Below are positions 26,301-41,300 of a stretch of DNA of 64,000 nucleotides, piece by piece. This DNA comes from Heterodontus francisci (Eukaryota). The notes beneath the pieces were generated by a model that was not told where the DNA came from, did no database searches, and saw only the letters and a program-made list of their open reading frames with translations. A program made the position numbers and the translations under genes. The stretch covers positions 114,206,531-114,270,530 of the forward strand of contig NC_090383.1 in the NCBI RefSeq assembly GCF_036365525.1, written 5' to 3'. Positions within the stretch are counted from its first letter, which is position 1; each line of letters begins with the position of its first letter.

Positions 26301-29300
26301 GCAGAATGACAGCATAATGGACTAGCCAGTGGGATGCTGGAGACAAAAAAGGGAAATAAAATCTGAGATCTTTAAAGAAACAAGTGGATGAGCAAGGATG
26401 GGCCAAATGGCCTTCATCTATCTTGCAAAGTGAAGGCAATCCTGCACCTGACAACTCATCAGGCAGCATTCCAAGCTCTTTAAGTTACAAAAGTGAATTG
26501 AAGTGTGCAATATCTTTGGCTTCGTCTGCCACATCACACATGACTTTGTTTTGTTTGTTTGTGGGGTGTGGGGGTCGCTGGCTAGGCCAGCATTATTGCC
26601 TATCCCTAATTGCCTTTGAACTGAGTGGCTTGCTAGGCCATTTCAGACAGCATTTTTCTCAAGAGTCAACCACATTGCTGAGAGTCTGGAGTCACATGCA
26701 GGCCAGAACAGGTAAGGACGGCAGATTTCCTTCCCTAAAAGGACATTAGTGAACCAGATGGGTTTTTACAACAATCGACAATAGTTTCATGGTCACCATT
26801 AGACTAGCTTTTAATTCCATATTTATTAATTGAATTCAAATTTCACTATCTGCCATGGTGGGATGCGAACCCATGTCCCTAGAGCATTCGCCTGGGTTCT
26901 TTTGTAAAACATTAATCAGGAATCTAAATTTAATTGCAATCAAACAAAATCAACTCAGGACCACCCTCATTGTCTGAAGTTTTCTCCTTAATCCTGGCTA
27001 ATAAAACATCCAAAACAAGATTTACCTCCCACCCCACCAACATCCATTTTACCTGCACCTCCTTCAACAATTTTGAAACTTGAATGAAGTTTAATCGAGT
27101 GTCAATTGGACAGTAAACACACTTCATAGCCAGTGGCTGGTATGGTGCCAAAGCGTCCAGGTAGGAGAAATCTGGTTCTAGAGGGAAAAATCAGATGCAT
27201 TCGTTTGCGATGGCTTTTAATGTAAAAGGCAGATTTTTTCACACTCGAGATAAATGATGTCAGTGATGGAAAATGGAGCTGCTCTACAATTTTGCATGGT
27301 TGATCTTTTACATCCACCTGAGTGGTCACACGGGCCTCAGTTTAACATCTCTTTGGAAAGATGGACGATGCACCCACTTACAATCTGTCTCCCAACACCG
27401 CACAATTTATCCTTCCCTTTTCGACTGGGAATAGTTGTTACCTGTGAAAATGATGGTGTTGAGGCTGGATTTGCCCCACAGCTCCAGGAAGTGAACAACG
27501 TCCCCATATCGCAGGGATGGGTGGCCTGTGAATACCACGCATGGCTGCTTAAAGTCATTGCTGAATTCCCCGTGGATGCTGGGATAATGCTTCAATTTAT
27601 TGGTCTGAATCAGCTGGAAACAGAACGAGATAGGAAAGGAGAGAGAAAAGTAAAAAAAAAATTAACAACTATTGGTAAAGCTGGAAGGATGCTGTGTGGT
27701 TTGAGTGGGTTCAGCACACTAAACGTAGTATCCTCTACTCCCCATCTTAGCCAGGTGCGTTGCTCCCAAGCTCTGCCAGATGGCGTTGGACAATAGCCTG
27801 GAAAATCTCTACCGCTCCCTCTCCGAGGGCGAAGTGCTTGGTTCGATCTTCTGCTATTCACTTCCCCAACAGGTTAAGATTGGGGTGGAAGGCAGGCAGG
27901 GGGACAGGTCATATCCCAGCATTTTGTGGGGCAAAAGCATTACAGCCCAGCTTACTGCAGCATCTGCGAACCTTGGACCACTGCATTCCAATAAAAACTA
28001 ATCTTAAGTACTAGGTCACTTTAATACCTGCATTATCTCAGGAGCGGATACTGCGCATTTCAACATCCACCATGGATTAATTAACAAACCATGCACAGCT
28101 TCTTTCTATTTACATAGATAAATAAATACACAATATTATCACATTCAAAGCGGTATCAAAGGCAGTTTTCACAGGTCCATGTGGCCAAAAAAACGGACTG
28201 TGTTTCCATTGTGTTGGCCATGTACAAAAATATACTACAGTAATGTAGATGCTGAACTAGTCATTGTACTGTGTAGTTGTATGCTTATTAAAAGCAGTAC
28301 TAAATGGTCAGATCACTCAAAGTTCAGGCTGTTCCCTTACCTCTGCATGTGGGAATGGCGGCTCTGGCAGATAGACCTTCGATTGCTTATTGTGACAAAG
28401 CCTTAAGTGGGAGATGGAAAAAAAAAAAGTTAAACCATTAAGTATTTAGAGTTTGTCATAACTGGATAATGTCGCCAAAGGGTAGAAAATAAAATGGCAA
28501 GTTGAGACATGAAGCCTAATACACAGACATGGGTAGTGTTCGTGGTTGCTTTACTCGACTGGTAATCCAGTAGTTCTTTGGTGTCATCTTCTTCCCAGAA
28601 GGTTGACTGTGATGGATCTCTACCTCTGTCTGTCCTTACACATCCAGCAGACTGGATTGATAATTCAGACAATGTTGAGTTCAAATTCAACCTCGACAGA
28701 CTGAGAATTTGAATTCAGTTTTGTTTTTAAACTGACTTCAAATTCTCAGTCTGTCAAAGTCAAATTTGAACTCAGTTAAAAACAAAACTGGAAATAAAAG
28801 TGACAAGATGTCACACCTTTGGCCTAACAAGTACAGGATACTGGCGATGGAACAAGTGCAAGTAAAAGAATAAAAAACAACCCTAAACATAACTAAAATC
28901 ACCTACAAACATATACAACAGTAACACCAAGAACGAAATGGATACTTTTAAGTGCCCAGTTCATTCAATATATAATTGTCACACACTTACCACTCAGCAA
29001 AGATCTGGGAAAACTCCAACGAGCTATTGGCTACAGGAGAGATGAAGTAGAACTGGACAGCGGAGAGTCCGGCTGAGTCGATGTACTGGTATAGACATTC
29101 CAGCAAGTCATAAATTACTCCCGAGGGATAGCATGGAACCAGGACATTCCCACCACTTCGGACAGTCACAGCTAAGGGCGGAAAAAATCCACGTGAAGGT
29201 ATTACACCGGGAAGATTTCTTTTGCCACACAGCAAGATTGGATAATTCAGCTCCATGTGTATACACTAATCTTAAAAGCTAGAAAAGCAGATTTAAAGGA

Positions 29301-32300
29301 TGGCAGAAAAAGCTATTTAGATTTTTTTTTTTATTTGCTTGGGCTTTTTTTTTTTAAATGTGAAAGTGCTTTTCTGTGCTCATCAGGTTTGGGAACTCAG
29401 TGTCAATGTCAAGCACTCTCAAGTTAGATACATCAGAGCTAGATGCAGAATAAAATTTCCTCTTTGTTGCCTCAACAATGTGCCTTAGCACCAGTTTCAG
29501 AATTGCACCACATGCTACATCAGTCAGTGCGACACATTTGCATCTCACACCAGTGTTCTTCACTGGCTCTCCTGGTCAGACAGCTCATTTCTGGCCAATT
29601 TGTGAAGAATTTTGATGATTGCTCAACAGAGACTTTGGAATTTCAGCTCATGCACGGCAAACACAGCTATCAAAAAGAGACATCGGTTTGGATTGATTTC
29701 AAACCCAAACGGGACGAGAGGACAGTGCACTGACCCACTGTACCAATCCAGCTTCACTTTGTAAAATGTTTTAGCACCATTTGTTTACTTCAGTCTGTCA
29801 GGAGTCTTCGTCCGATTGATTTTTAATAGTGTTCTGAGCATAGGCGGGTTCATTGGGAGAGAGGGGTGTTAAAAAGACATTTTCGCATTCTTTCAACAGT
29901 CAGAATATTTGATCCTCTTCAAGCTAACTTGTTGCAAGCCATTTTCCTCTTTTGAAAGCTTGGAGTTGTAATCATTCCTCAGTCACATCTTCAGCAACAC
30001 GTGTGGCAAAATAAACTTTTATATTTGCATTCATAATCGAGCATCATTGTGTCAAAATACCTCAGAAGTATTCACAGACAGCATCTGGAATTCTGTTCTC
30101 CAGAGGTTGGGGCTCTTTTCTTTCAAGAAGGGAAGGATAAGGGGTGACCCAATAGAGGTCTTGAAGATCATGAAGGGGTTTGATCGGGATCATAAATAAC
30201 CTCTACATAATAAATAAAAATAGTCACAAATAAACCAATAGGGAATTCAGGGGAAACTTCTTTCCCCACAAAGTGATTAGAATGTGGAACTCACTACCAC
30301 ATGGAATGGTTGAGGCAAATAACTGATGTCTTTAAGGGGAAGCTAGATAAGTACATGAGGGGGAAAGGAATAGAAGGATATGTTGATGGAGTTCGATGAA
30401 GGGCGAGAGGAGGCTCATGTGGAGCACAAACACCAGCATAGATCTGTTGGGCCAAATGGCCTGTTTCTGTACTGTAAAATTCTGTAAAATATTGTTTGAG
30501 GTGCACCGACTGCTATGGAGGGAGAAAAATTAGAATTTAAACATTGGCCTGGAGATGTTAAAGTACACTTTCAATACTGACAGGCCTTAAAAAACATAAA
30601 ACAAAACACACTTGGAGTGAGCACAAAATAAAATATCTTGAGCCCAGCACTGATGAAGATAGATGTTCCCAATCTCACCACACCTCCTTCCCAGTTTGTT
30701 ACCTAGGTTACTGCAGAATTCTCCCAACATGCCGTCGGGATTAGCGGTAGGGATCTGAGTCAGTCCAGTCAGGATGAGGACATCGCTATTTTTCAGAGAG
30801 GTTTGCTCCATGGGCTGAAAATAAAAATATATATATTTTTTAAAACCAATTCTTCTTTCTTGAACTGGCTGCACCTTAAGTCTAAACTTATAGGTAGTTA
30901 AATGACTACTTTCCACTCTCTCTCTTGCTAATGTATCCATCTTTCTTATTGTTTCCTCCTTTTAAGATCCTGCTTAAAACCTACATCTTTAACCACGCTT
31001 TTGGTCATTTGTCCTGATATCTCCTTCAATGACTTGGTGTCAAAAATGGTTTTATTGCTAAAGCTCTTAAGAGCCAGGAGATGTTTTCTGGTGCTTAAGG
31101 CACTTTATAAATGTTGGTATTTTTCAGGACACTGTCACTAATGACGAGGATGACGGAGGAGGAAAGGGTGGGCAGGATTTACAAGCTGGGATGTAGGGCT
31201 GAAGGAATTCTGTTCACATTATTGAACTTAGTCAATTGTGCTATTCTTCTTTGAATGCATGTGACTCTCACTATCGCATGGGCTGAAAGGGTGTCAAATG
31301 CAGCTTAGTTTTAATTTTTTTTTAACAATTACCTGCGGATGAGTGGTGAGTAGCGAGGATCCAGACACATAGGCTACTTTCTCGTAGTGCGACTGGATGA
31401 TCCAATTGGAGCTGCCCAGACAGTAGCCAGAGCTGAGCGGTGTGATCTGTACTGCACCAAAGAGCTCCTGATATTCCACAGAAAAGAAAAGAACTCAACT
31501 AGCAGCATTTTAAAAAATAATCTAATCCCCAATTTCTCTCCCCACCCTTCTCCCTACTTTCTGAAAGTAATGACCAGTTACTCTGTGAAGCAAGACAAAG
31601 TGTTAGCAGGCTATGCTACCATGGGATCGTCACAGATGTCCTCATCTGAAATTCATTTTCCTCCAGACCTCATTGGATAGTGATCAACAACTAGAGTTTA
31701 GCTGATTTTTTTCTTTGCTAGTGCAGGGATGCTGAGGACAATTGTAGCTCAGCCCACCCCCATTGCCTCCCTGGCAGAGATCAGCAATTAACCCTTGTCC
31801 CCTCATTCCTATTCAAAATATTAATAGAAGTATTTCATTTTGCCATACTTGAATTCAGGTGAAAGTTGTTTCAGTCTCCTGCAGAAATAAACATATCACA
31901 TATAGAGCCATCATATATCTGCATGCAATTCCTGTCAACTTTTCCCATGATAAGTTCCTACATCCACACTTATATTGTAAACTGGACACGCTCCAATTAC
32001 ATAAAATAAAAGCAAAATACTGCAGATGCTGGAAATCTGAAATAAAAACAAGAAATGCAGGAAATACTCAGCAGGTCTGGCAGCATCTGTGGAGAGAGAG
32101 AAGCAGAGTTAACGTTTCAGGTCAGTGACCCTTCATTAGAACTGGCAAAGGTTAGAAATGTATAGGTTTTCAGCAAATAAAGTGGGGGGGTGGGGCAAGA
32201 GATAAGAAAAGTGAAAGTGTTGATAGGACAGGGTCACAGAGAATAACTGACCAGAAGGTCATGCAGCAGAGGCAAATGGTATGTTAATGGTGTGTTGAAA

Positions 32301-35300
32301 GACAAAGCAGTAGTGCAGAGAAGGTGTTAATGGACAGAAAAATGAACAGCCCTGGCCCAAAGCACAAACATGAAAAAAAACAATGGGCAGGCACATGGTA
32401 AGAAAAATGAATGAAGAAAAAAACTATACTAAAATAAAAGAAAAAGAAAAAAATAACTGAAAATAAAAAGGGGGGCCTGTCATGCTCAAATTATTGAACT
32501 CAATGTTCAGTTCGGCAGGCTGTAGTGTGCCTAATCGGTAGATGAGATGCTGTTCCTCGAGCTTGCATTGATGTTCACTGGAACACTGCAACAAGCCCAG
32601 GACAGATATGTGAGCATGAAAGCAGTGGGGTGTGTTGAAATGGCCAGCAACCGGAAGCTTGGGGTCATGCTTTCAGACTGAGCGGAGGTGTTCACCCAAT
32701 CTGCGTTTGGTCTCACCAATGTAAAGGAGACCACATTGTGAGCAGTGAATACAGTAGACTAAATTGAAAGTAGTACAAGTAAATCGCTGTTTCACCTGAA
32801 ATTAGTTTTTGGAGCCTAGGATAGTGAGGAGAGAGGAGGTAAAAGTGCAGGTATTACACCTTCTACGATTGCATGGGAAGGGGACGAGGTGTTGGGGGTA
32901 ATAGAGGAGTGAACCAGGATGTCACGGAGGGAACGATCCCTTTGGAATGCTGACAGGGAAGGGAAAGATGCGTTTGGTAGTGGCATCACGCTGGATGTGG
33001 AGGAAATGGCGGAGGATGATCCTTTGGATGTGAAGGCTGGTGGGGTGGAAAGTGAGTAGATGGGAAACTCTGTCGCGGTTCTGGGAGGGAGGGGAAGGGT
33101 CAGGGTAGAGGTGTGGGAAATGGGCTGATCACGGTTGAGGGCCCTGTCAACCACAGTTTGGTTGGTGGGGGGGGGGGGGGGGGGCGGGGTGGGGGAGTCC
33201 TCGGTTGAGGAAAAAGGAAGACATATCAGAAGCGTTATCATGGAAGGTTGCAATCAGAGCAGATGCGTCGGTGACGGAGAAACTGGGAGAATGCTTATAA
33301 TGAATATTTGTAGTTAGCCTATCCCCAGAGATGGAGACAGACAAGTCGAGGAAGGGAAGGGAAGTGTCGGAGATGGACCGTGTAAAGATGAAAGAAGGAT
33401 GGAAATTGGAAGCAAAGTCAATAAAGTTTTCCAGTTCGGGGCGGGAGTTGGAAACAGCACTGATACAGTCATCAATGTACCGGAAAAAAGAGTTGGGGGA
33501 GGGGGCCTGAGTAGGACTGGAACAAGAAATGTCTGACATATCCCACAAAAAGGCTTAACTAGGACCCATGCAAGTACCCATAGCAACACCTTTGACTTGA
33601 AGGAAGTGAGTGGAGTTGAAGGAGAAGTTGTTCAATGTGAGAACAAGTTCAGCCAGGCGGAGGAGGGTGGTGTTGGATTGGGACTGGTTGGGCCTCTGTT
33701 CAAGGAAGAAGCAGAGAGCCCTCAAACTGGTGGGGGATGGAGGTGTAGAGAGATTGGACGTCCATAGTGAAGAGGAGGCGGGTGCGGCCAGGAAGCTGGA
33801 AATTGTCAAAATGACATAGGGTGTCAGAAGAGTCACGGATGTAGGTGGGAAGAGACTGGACCAGGGGAGAAAAGATAGAGTCAAGATAGGAAGAAATAGG
33901 TTCAGTGGGGCAGGAACAGGCTGAGACAATGGGGCTGCCAGGACAATCCTGTTTGTGGATTTTAGGAAGGAGGTCGAAGCAGGCTGTCCTGGGTTGCGGG
34001 ACTATGAGGTTAGAAGCTGTAGAGGGGAAATCTCCGGAGGAGATGAGGTTAGTGACAGTCCTGTGGACAGTAGCTTGATGTTCGGTGGTGAGGTCATGGT
34101 CCGGGGGAGATAGGAAGAAGTGTCTGAGAGTTGGCGCTGAGCCTCTGCAAGGTAGAGGTCGGTACGCCAGACAACAACAGCACCAGCCGTGTCTGCAGGT
34201 TTGATCACAATGTTGGGGTTAGACCTGAGAGAACGGAGTGCAGTTCCAATGACACCTTTCTGAAGTGCTCCAGCACCATCACTGGTGGGGTGGTGTAATT
34301 GCAGCATGACAAGTTTACAGATGCAGCATGGATTATATGGCGACGGTGGCGTAGCGGTAATGTCACTGGACTAGTGATCCAGAGGCCTGGGCAAATGTCC
34401 TGGGGACACGAGTTCAAATCTCACCACGGCAATTAATATTAATTTGGATTTGAAAGTTAGAATCAGTAATGGTGCCATGAAACTATCAATTGTCAGAAAA
34501 AAAACCATCTGGTTCACTAATGCACTTTAGGGAAGGAAATCTGCTGTCCTTACCTGGCCTGGTCTACATGTGTCTCCAGACCCACAGCAATGTGGTTGAC
34601 TCTTAAACACCCTCTGAAATGGTCTAGCAAGTTCAAGGGCAATTAGGGATGGGCAACAAATGCTGGCCTTGCCAGCAACACCCACATCCCATGAAAGAAT
34701 AAAAAAAGTTATATTAAAAAGATATATAAAAATAAGGACAGAATGTATGTGACTTTGAAATGGTGACTGGATTACATCTGTACACCCTGGTCCAATAATC
34801 CTCACCCTCAAATCCTTTTTCAATCCCTTTCAAATTGAGAATTATGTTGGGTTTTTGACTTCCCATGTGCAACATCATAAGAGATCCACTCACATATAAA
34901 AAAATTTCCATAGGCACATATATCTAGTTATCATGGGTTGTTTTACTATGTTAAAAGAAGTTATGTAAATGCAATTTGTTGCTGTCATAATTTTGAGTCA
35001 TGCTATTCTTCCAACATTTACCATTTGCAATATTAACGGTCACAATATAGTCCAGGCTCTGGCCACTAGGTGGTTCTGTGGAGTAAGTTTCTCAAGTCTC
35101 TCCCAATTCTGTCACCAACTTGTATATAAAAAAAACTTAATCTTTATCAACTGACAAAAGACATATATATATTTTTGCTAAATCTTCCCAACTGGATAGA
35201 ATGTTTTGATCAGCAAAGTCTGTCACTCAGGAAGTAAAGCAAAAACACATAAAACTTAATAATTACAAATGCCAGAAATAAAAAAAAAGCAAAATACTGA

Positions 35301-38300
35301 GGTGAAGAGTGTCACCCAAAATGTTAACCCAACTTTTCTTTCAACTGCTGACAACTTTGCTCTGCATTCTCACCCTATTGTTTCCCTCACTCAGGAAGTT
35401 TAGTAATCACTTTAATGATAAACAGATACTTACTATTTTCTGAGAGTAACCCACGAGCTGAACCTTGCTTAGGGCCAAGTTGACTTCCGGCATTGTGTAA
35501 CAACGTTTCCATGTCAAAACCTCCACAGCATCCTTTAGAGGTGCAGGTAAATGCCTGAAAACAGCAGCAGGAGAACACTTTGAGGAATAACAACAATAAG
35601 GAATTCAGGAGAAACTTCTTTACCCAGTGAGTGGTTAGAATGCAGAAATCCTGACTACAGGGAGTAATTGAGGTGAATAGTATAGATGCATTTAAAGGGA
35701 AGCTGGATAAGCAGGGAGAAAGGAATGGAAGGCTATGTTGTGTAGCATAAACACCAGCATGGATCTGGTGGGCCAAATGGCCTGTTTCTATGCTGTAAGC
35801 AATACTTTGTAAGGACTAAGTACACATATGCACGTGTACACTGAATATACTCAGTTTAAACCACTTCTTCCCAGGATTAGAGAGCGAGATGGCCAGTGGG
35901 AAGTGTGGGGACAAGGTAAATAAGTAAAATTGATAGGTAAATTGGCCATTATAAATTGCCCCTAGTGTAGGTAGGTGGTAGGGGAATATAGGGACAGGTG
36001 GGGATGTGGTAGGAATATGGGATTAGTGTAGGATTAGTATAAATGGGTGGTTGATGGTCGGCACAGACTCGGTGGGCTGAAGGGCCTGTTTCAGTGTTGT
36101 ATCTCTAAATAAATAAAAAATAATAATAATAAAAGTAGAAGAACCAAAAACTCCTACAAAGGCTTTGATGCAGGACTGTGAGACTTCAGCTCAGAACAGG
36201 TTGCATAGTCACCCCATAGCTTGAATGATCTTGCGACCAATAACATTTAACATAGTCAATGCAGCCGACAAAAATAAAAAGCAAAGCCAAATTGTTGGAA
36301 ACCAGATAACAGAGAATGCAAAGGAATTAAACAGCCAATGAAATAATTTGGTTGTCAAACATGGCTTCAAACATCTAATCTTGGCCACGATGATGAACTG
36401 AGATGCTGAACAAAGTAAAGACATTCCATACAAATGAGAGGATTCCTGCAGTTAATTCTTCAGCAGCTGAATGTTTTGAATATTTTAGAGGGACACTGGT
36501 AGTGAATTAGGCCATGTCTCTAGTTTTACCATTCTGCGGTGGCTGCAGCATGCAGCAGGAGACACCAATGAGGAAAGAGGCAGAAATAAAAATCCAAGAC
36601 ATTTATGAAGACAGCTTTCAATTGAACAACTTCTTCTAAGTGGGGTGGGGGGGGGGGGGCGCGTTGTAGTGTAATATACATAAGCTGTTGCTGGGTAGAT
36701 GTATATGGACCTTAAGTATCATCACAAGATGTGATGTCACGAGTCTGAACCCCCGTGTTGCTCGGTGTTAATGTAGATGCCTTAGAAATAAGACCCCATA
36801 AATAAACTCCTGTTACTTTGACCCAAAGTCGACTATCCTCATTTAGTATTAACAGCACATTGACCAGTATAGTACAGGGGTAAGAAAATATATGGAGCTG
36901 GAATTAATTGGCCTTCTCAAACTGGATTCAATGCACAGCTTTTACAGCTCACTTTACAGGCCTCAACCTCTCTTTCTGAAGACACTGACACGCTGTGTTA
37001 CAGCTTAGAAAGGTGCCAGCCACTATCTGGTTTTGGCCAAATGATTATTCCACATATCGACGTCTGGGCCATGACTGCTGGATGAGTATTCAATTTCTCA
37101 TCAAATAGCGACCTGGGACAATTTTCCTGTTATATTTACAGTGTTGCTAATGCATGAAATCTTTCCTCCCCTGACCCCACCTGCCAATGTCATACGACAT
37201 AGCAATCTTTTTCTTATTCACTTATGGGATGTGGGCATGGACATCACCAGCAAGGCAAGCATTTATTTCCCATCCCTAAACACCCGAGAAGGTGGTGAGC
37301 TGCCTTCTTGAACTGTTGCAGTCCATGTGGTGTAGGTGCATCCACGGTGCTGCTAGGAAAGGAGTTCCAGGATTTCGACCCAGCAACAGTGAAGGAACGG
37401 CAATATAGTTCCAAGTCAAGATGGTCTGTGACTTGGGGGAGAACTTGCAGGTGTTCTCATCTGCTTGCTACACTTGCCTTTCTAGGTGGTAGAGTTCGCA
37501 GGTTTTGAAGATGCTGTCAAAGATGCCTTGGCGAGTTGCTGCAGTACATCTTGTTGACTGTACACACTGCTGCCACTGTGCGCCAATGTTGTAGGGAGTG
37601 AACGTTAAAGGTGGTGGATGGGGTGCCAATCAGCAGGCTGCTTTGTCCTATATGGTGTTGAGTTTCTCGTGTGTTGTTGGAGCTGCACCCATCCAGGCAA
37701 GTGGAGAGTATTCCATCACACTCCTGACTTGTGCCTTGCAGAGGATGGACAGGCTTTGGGGAGTCAGGAGGTGGGTTACTTGCCATAAAAAACACCCACC
37801 CTCTGACCTGCTCTGAAAGCCACAATATTTATGTGACTGATGCAATTAATCTATATCTCCATTTGAGTTATAGACAGTTACTCAGAATCTAATGGGGCAA
37901 TGCAATATAGATTTCCACAGGCATCTCCTCACAGTAATTTCAGAGCGGTGTTGTTTTGTATCATTGCACCCCCGCCGCCGCCCCCCCCAGGAATTAAAAA
38001 GTTGACAAAAGAACACATGCAATAACAAGTAAAGAGAGAGACTGCAGGATGCTGAGGTACTTGGGTGTCCTTGTACAAGAATCACAAAAAGTCAACATGC
38101 AGGTACAGCAAGTAATTAGGAAGGCAGATGGAATGTTGGCCTTTATTGCAAAGGGAATGGAGCATAAAAGTAGGGACGTCCTGCTGCAACTGTACAGGGC
38201 ATTTGTCAGACTGCACCTAGAGTACTGTGTACAGTTTGGTCACCTTTTTTAAGGAAGGACATATTTGCATTAGAAGCAGTTCAGAGAAGGTTCACTAGGC

Positions 38301-41300
38301 TGCTTTCTGGAATGAGGAGTTTGTCTTATGAAGAAAGGTTGAGCAGGTTAGGCCTATACTCATTGGAGATTAGAAGATTGAAACATATAGGATTCTGAGG
38401 CAGCTTGACAGGATAGATACTGAGAGGATGTTTCCCCTCGTAGGGGTATCTAAAACTATGGGGCACAGTTTCAAATTAAGGAGATGAGGAGGAATTTCTT
38501 CCCTCGGAGGGTCATGAGTATTTGGAATTCTCTTCCCAGCGAGCAGTGGAGGCTGTCATTGAATTTATTCAAGGCCGAGTTACACAGATTTTTGATTGAC
38601 AAGGGAATCATGGGTTATGGGGGGCAGGCAGGAAAGTGGAGTTGAGGCCACAATCAGGTCAGCCATGATCTTAATGAATGACGGAACAGGCTCGAGGGGC
38701 TCAATGGCCTGCTCCTGCTCATGTTATGTAACATAAATGTAAAAAATGTAAATACAGCAAATTTAATATCAGCAAAAAGCTGTTAAAATTCATAGCACTG
38801 GTCACATAGCTCCACAAAACCCTCGGGAAAACCTCGTCAGAAATAAAAAGGGAAAAAAAGATAGAAAATTGTACAGTCTTAGCCAGAAATAGTTCTGCTC
38901 ATCACTGTACCTGAGCATTTCGCGGTTCTTCCAGTAGGTGGCAGACTGTGGCTTTGGCACACGTTCCATAAAGTTCACCAGCTCTTCCATGAGAAGCCTG
39001 TTCCAGAGAACAGGATGGGAGGAAAATATAACAATTGAAATGTCAATTAGAATGGAAATGTACTTAGCTGTATTGTGATACTGCTGCAGCAGGTTCAGGT
39101 AGAAGGACCCATCCCTGTTAGATTTCACCTGACCCGTGTAGCTTTCCAACACTAGTATTTCACTTCAATTTCCCAATATATTACTGGATTACTCTGCAGA
39201 GAGCCAGCATGGACTTGATGGGCTGAATGGCTTCCTCCTATTCCACAGGTCAGTCAGGGATATTCCATTTGGCATGGGATAGCAAAATAAGTGGGAAGAA
39301 GTACAAGCAGAAAAGCATATTCAAGCTAGACGTCAGAAAGGATTACTTAACAGAGAGTGGTTGTGTTTTAGAACAGCTTAACAAGGTTAAGTAGTTCAGC
39401 TCTATTGTTGGTCTTGTAAAGAAATACATTATTTGTTACAACTATTAGCATAGCAGGAGAGCAGAATAGATGGATCCATAATCTTTTTCAGCCTTGAGAT
39501 TTTCTGATGATCAGTGTTATATGGACCATGATATACTTTTAACATTCATTCTTGGGATATGGGCATCGCTGGCAAGGCTGGCATTTATTGCTCATCCCTA
39601 GTTGCCCTCGAGAAGGTGGTGGTGGGCTGCCTTCTTGAACTGCTGCAGTCTGCGTCATGAAAGCATGGCCACAGAGTTGTCAAGCAGGGAGATCCAGGAT
39701 GTTGACCCAGTGCTGATGAAGGAACAGCGATACAAATGTCCAAGTCAGGATGGCATCTGACTTGGAGGGGAATTGTACAGCATAGGAAGTTAGTCTGCCT
39801 TTCGAGCCTGTGCTGGCTCTTTGAAAAGACCTGTCCAGTTAGGCGCACTCCCCAGCTCTTTTCCCATATCCCTGCAAATTTTTTTCTCCTCAACAATATA
39901 TCCAATTCCCTTTTGAAGGCTACTATTGAATCTGCATCCACCACCCTATCAGGCAATGCATTCCAAACCCTAACAGTCATTGCATGAAAAAATGTTGCCT
40001 CAGGTTCTATTGCCAATCACCTTAAATCTGTGCTCTCTGGTTATTCAGCCTTCAGCCACTGGAAACAGTTTCTCTTTATTTATTCTATCAAAATCATTCA
40101 TGATTTTGAACACCACTATCAAATCTCCTCTTGCCTTCTTTGCTCTAAGGAGAACGACGTCACCTTCTATTCAATAACTGTAACTCTCATCCTTGGAATC
40201 ATTCTGCTAAATCTCTTCTGTATCCTCGACAAAGCCTTCACATCCTTCCTAAAGTGTGGTGCCCAGTATTGGATACAATATCCAGTTGGGGTCGAACTAG
40301 TGTTTTATGTAGGTTTAGCACAATATCCTGGCTTTTGTTCTCTATGCCTCTACATAAAGCCCAGGATCCCACAGGCTTTATTAACTACTTTGCCTTGTCA
40401 CCTTCAAAGATGTGTGCAGAACACCCTCAGGTCTCTCTGTTCTTGCACCCTCTTTAAAATTATACAAACTTGGTGGTGGAGGTGGCGTTTCCCATGCACC
40501 ACAGCCTTCAGAGGAAGATCAAGTTGGCCCTTCACAGGTTCTCCCTCGAATAGCTCCTTTGAGAAAGTTACCAGTAGGCAGTACGTGGGTTAGTACTCCA
40601 GCCAGGGTCAACATCATCAGGGGAGGATAGACGCGCAGTGGTTAGCACCGCAGCCTCACAGCTCCAGCGACCCGGGTTCAATTCTGGGTACTGCCTGTGT
40701 GGAGTTTGCAAGTTCTCCCTGTGTCTGCGTGGGTTTCCTCCGGGTGCTCCGGTTTCCTCCCACAGCCAAAAGACTTGCAGGTTGATAGGTAAATTGGCTG
40801 TTATAAATTGCCCCTAGTATAGGTAGGTGGTAGGGAAATATAGGAACAGGTGGGGATGTGGTAGGAATATGGGATTAGTGTAGGATTAGTATAAATGGGT
40901 GGTTGATGGTCGGCACAGCCTCGGTGGGCCGAAGGGCCTGTTTCAGTGTTGTATCTCTAAACTAAACTAAAATAAGGAATGAGAGAGAATAAAATAATTT
41001 TTAAAACACCTCAGAAATGCTTACCTTCCGATCTGCATTGTGGGTTCTGTGGAATATACTGTCCCAGTGAAGCCAGTGTGTTCTGTGATGTACGGCAATG
41101 CCATCATACAGTGATAATTTGATATCAGGATCACATCTACAGTGGAAAGGTCAAGCAACTCTGTCTGCAATGGAGGTTGCAAAGTATTTTTTAGAGGAAT
41201 GCAGCTACAAAGTGAAACAGACTACACTGTAAAGGACAATACTGTTTGCACACTCTGCTTAAAGAGGAAGGAGTATTTAAGGGAAATGCACTCTCCCAAT

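Noticed and set aside
27254-27796. 180-aa plus-strand ORF
   Set aside because: Antisense to INTS9 exon 12 plus a SINE fragment; no recognisable domain.
41025-41164. Loss of the HxHxDH metal-binding motif (ISNYH) as a sign of pseudogenisation
   Set aside because: INTS9 is an established catalytically inactive partner of INTS11, and the ORF is intact.
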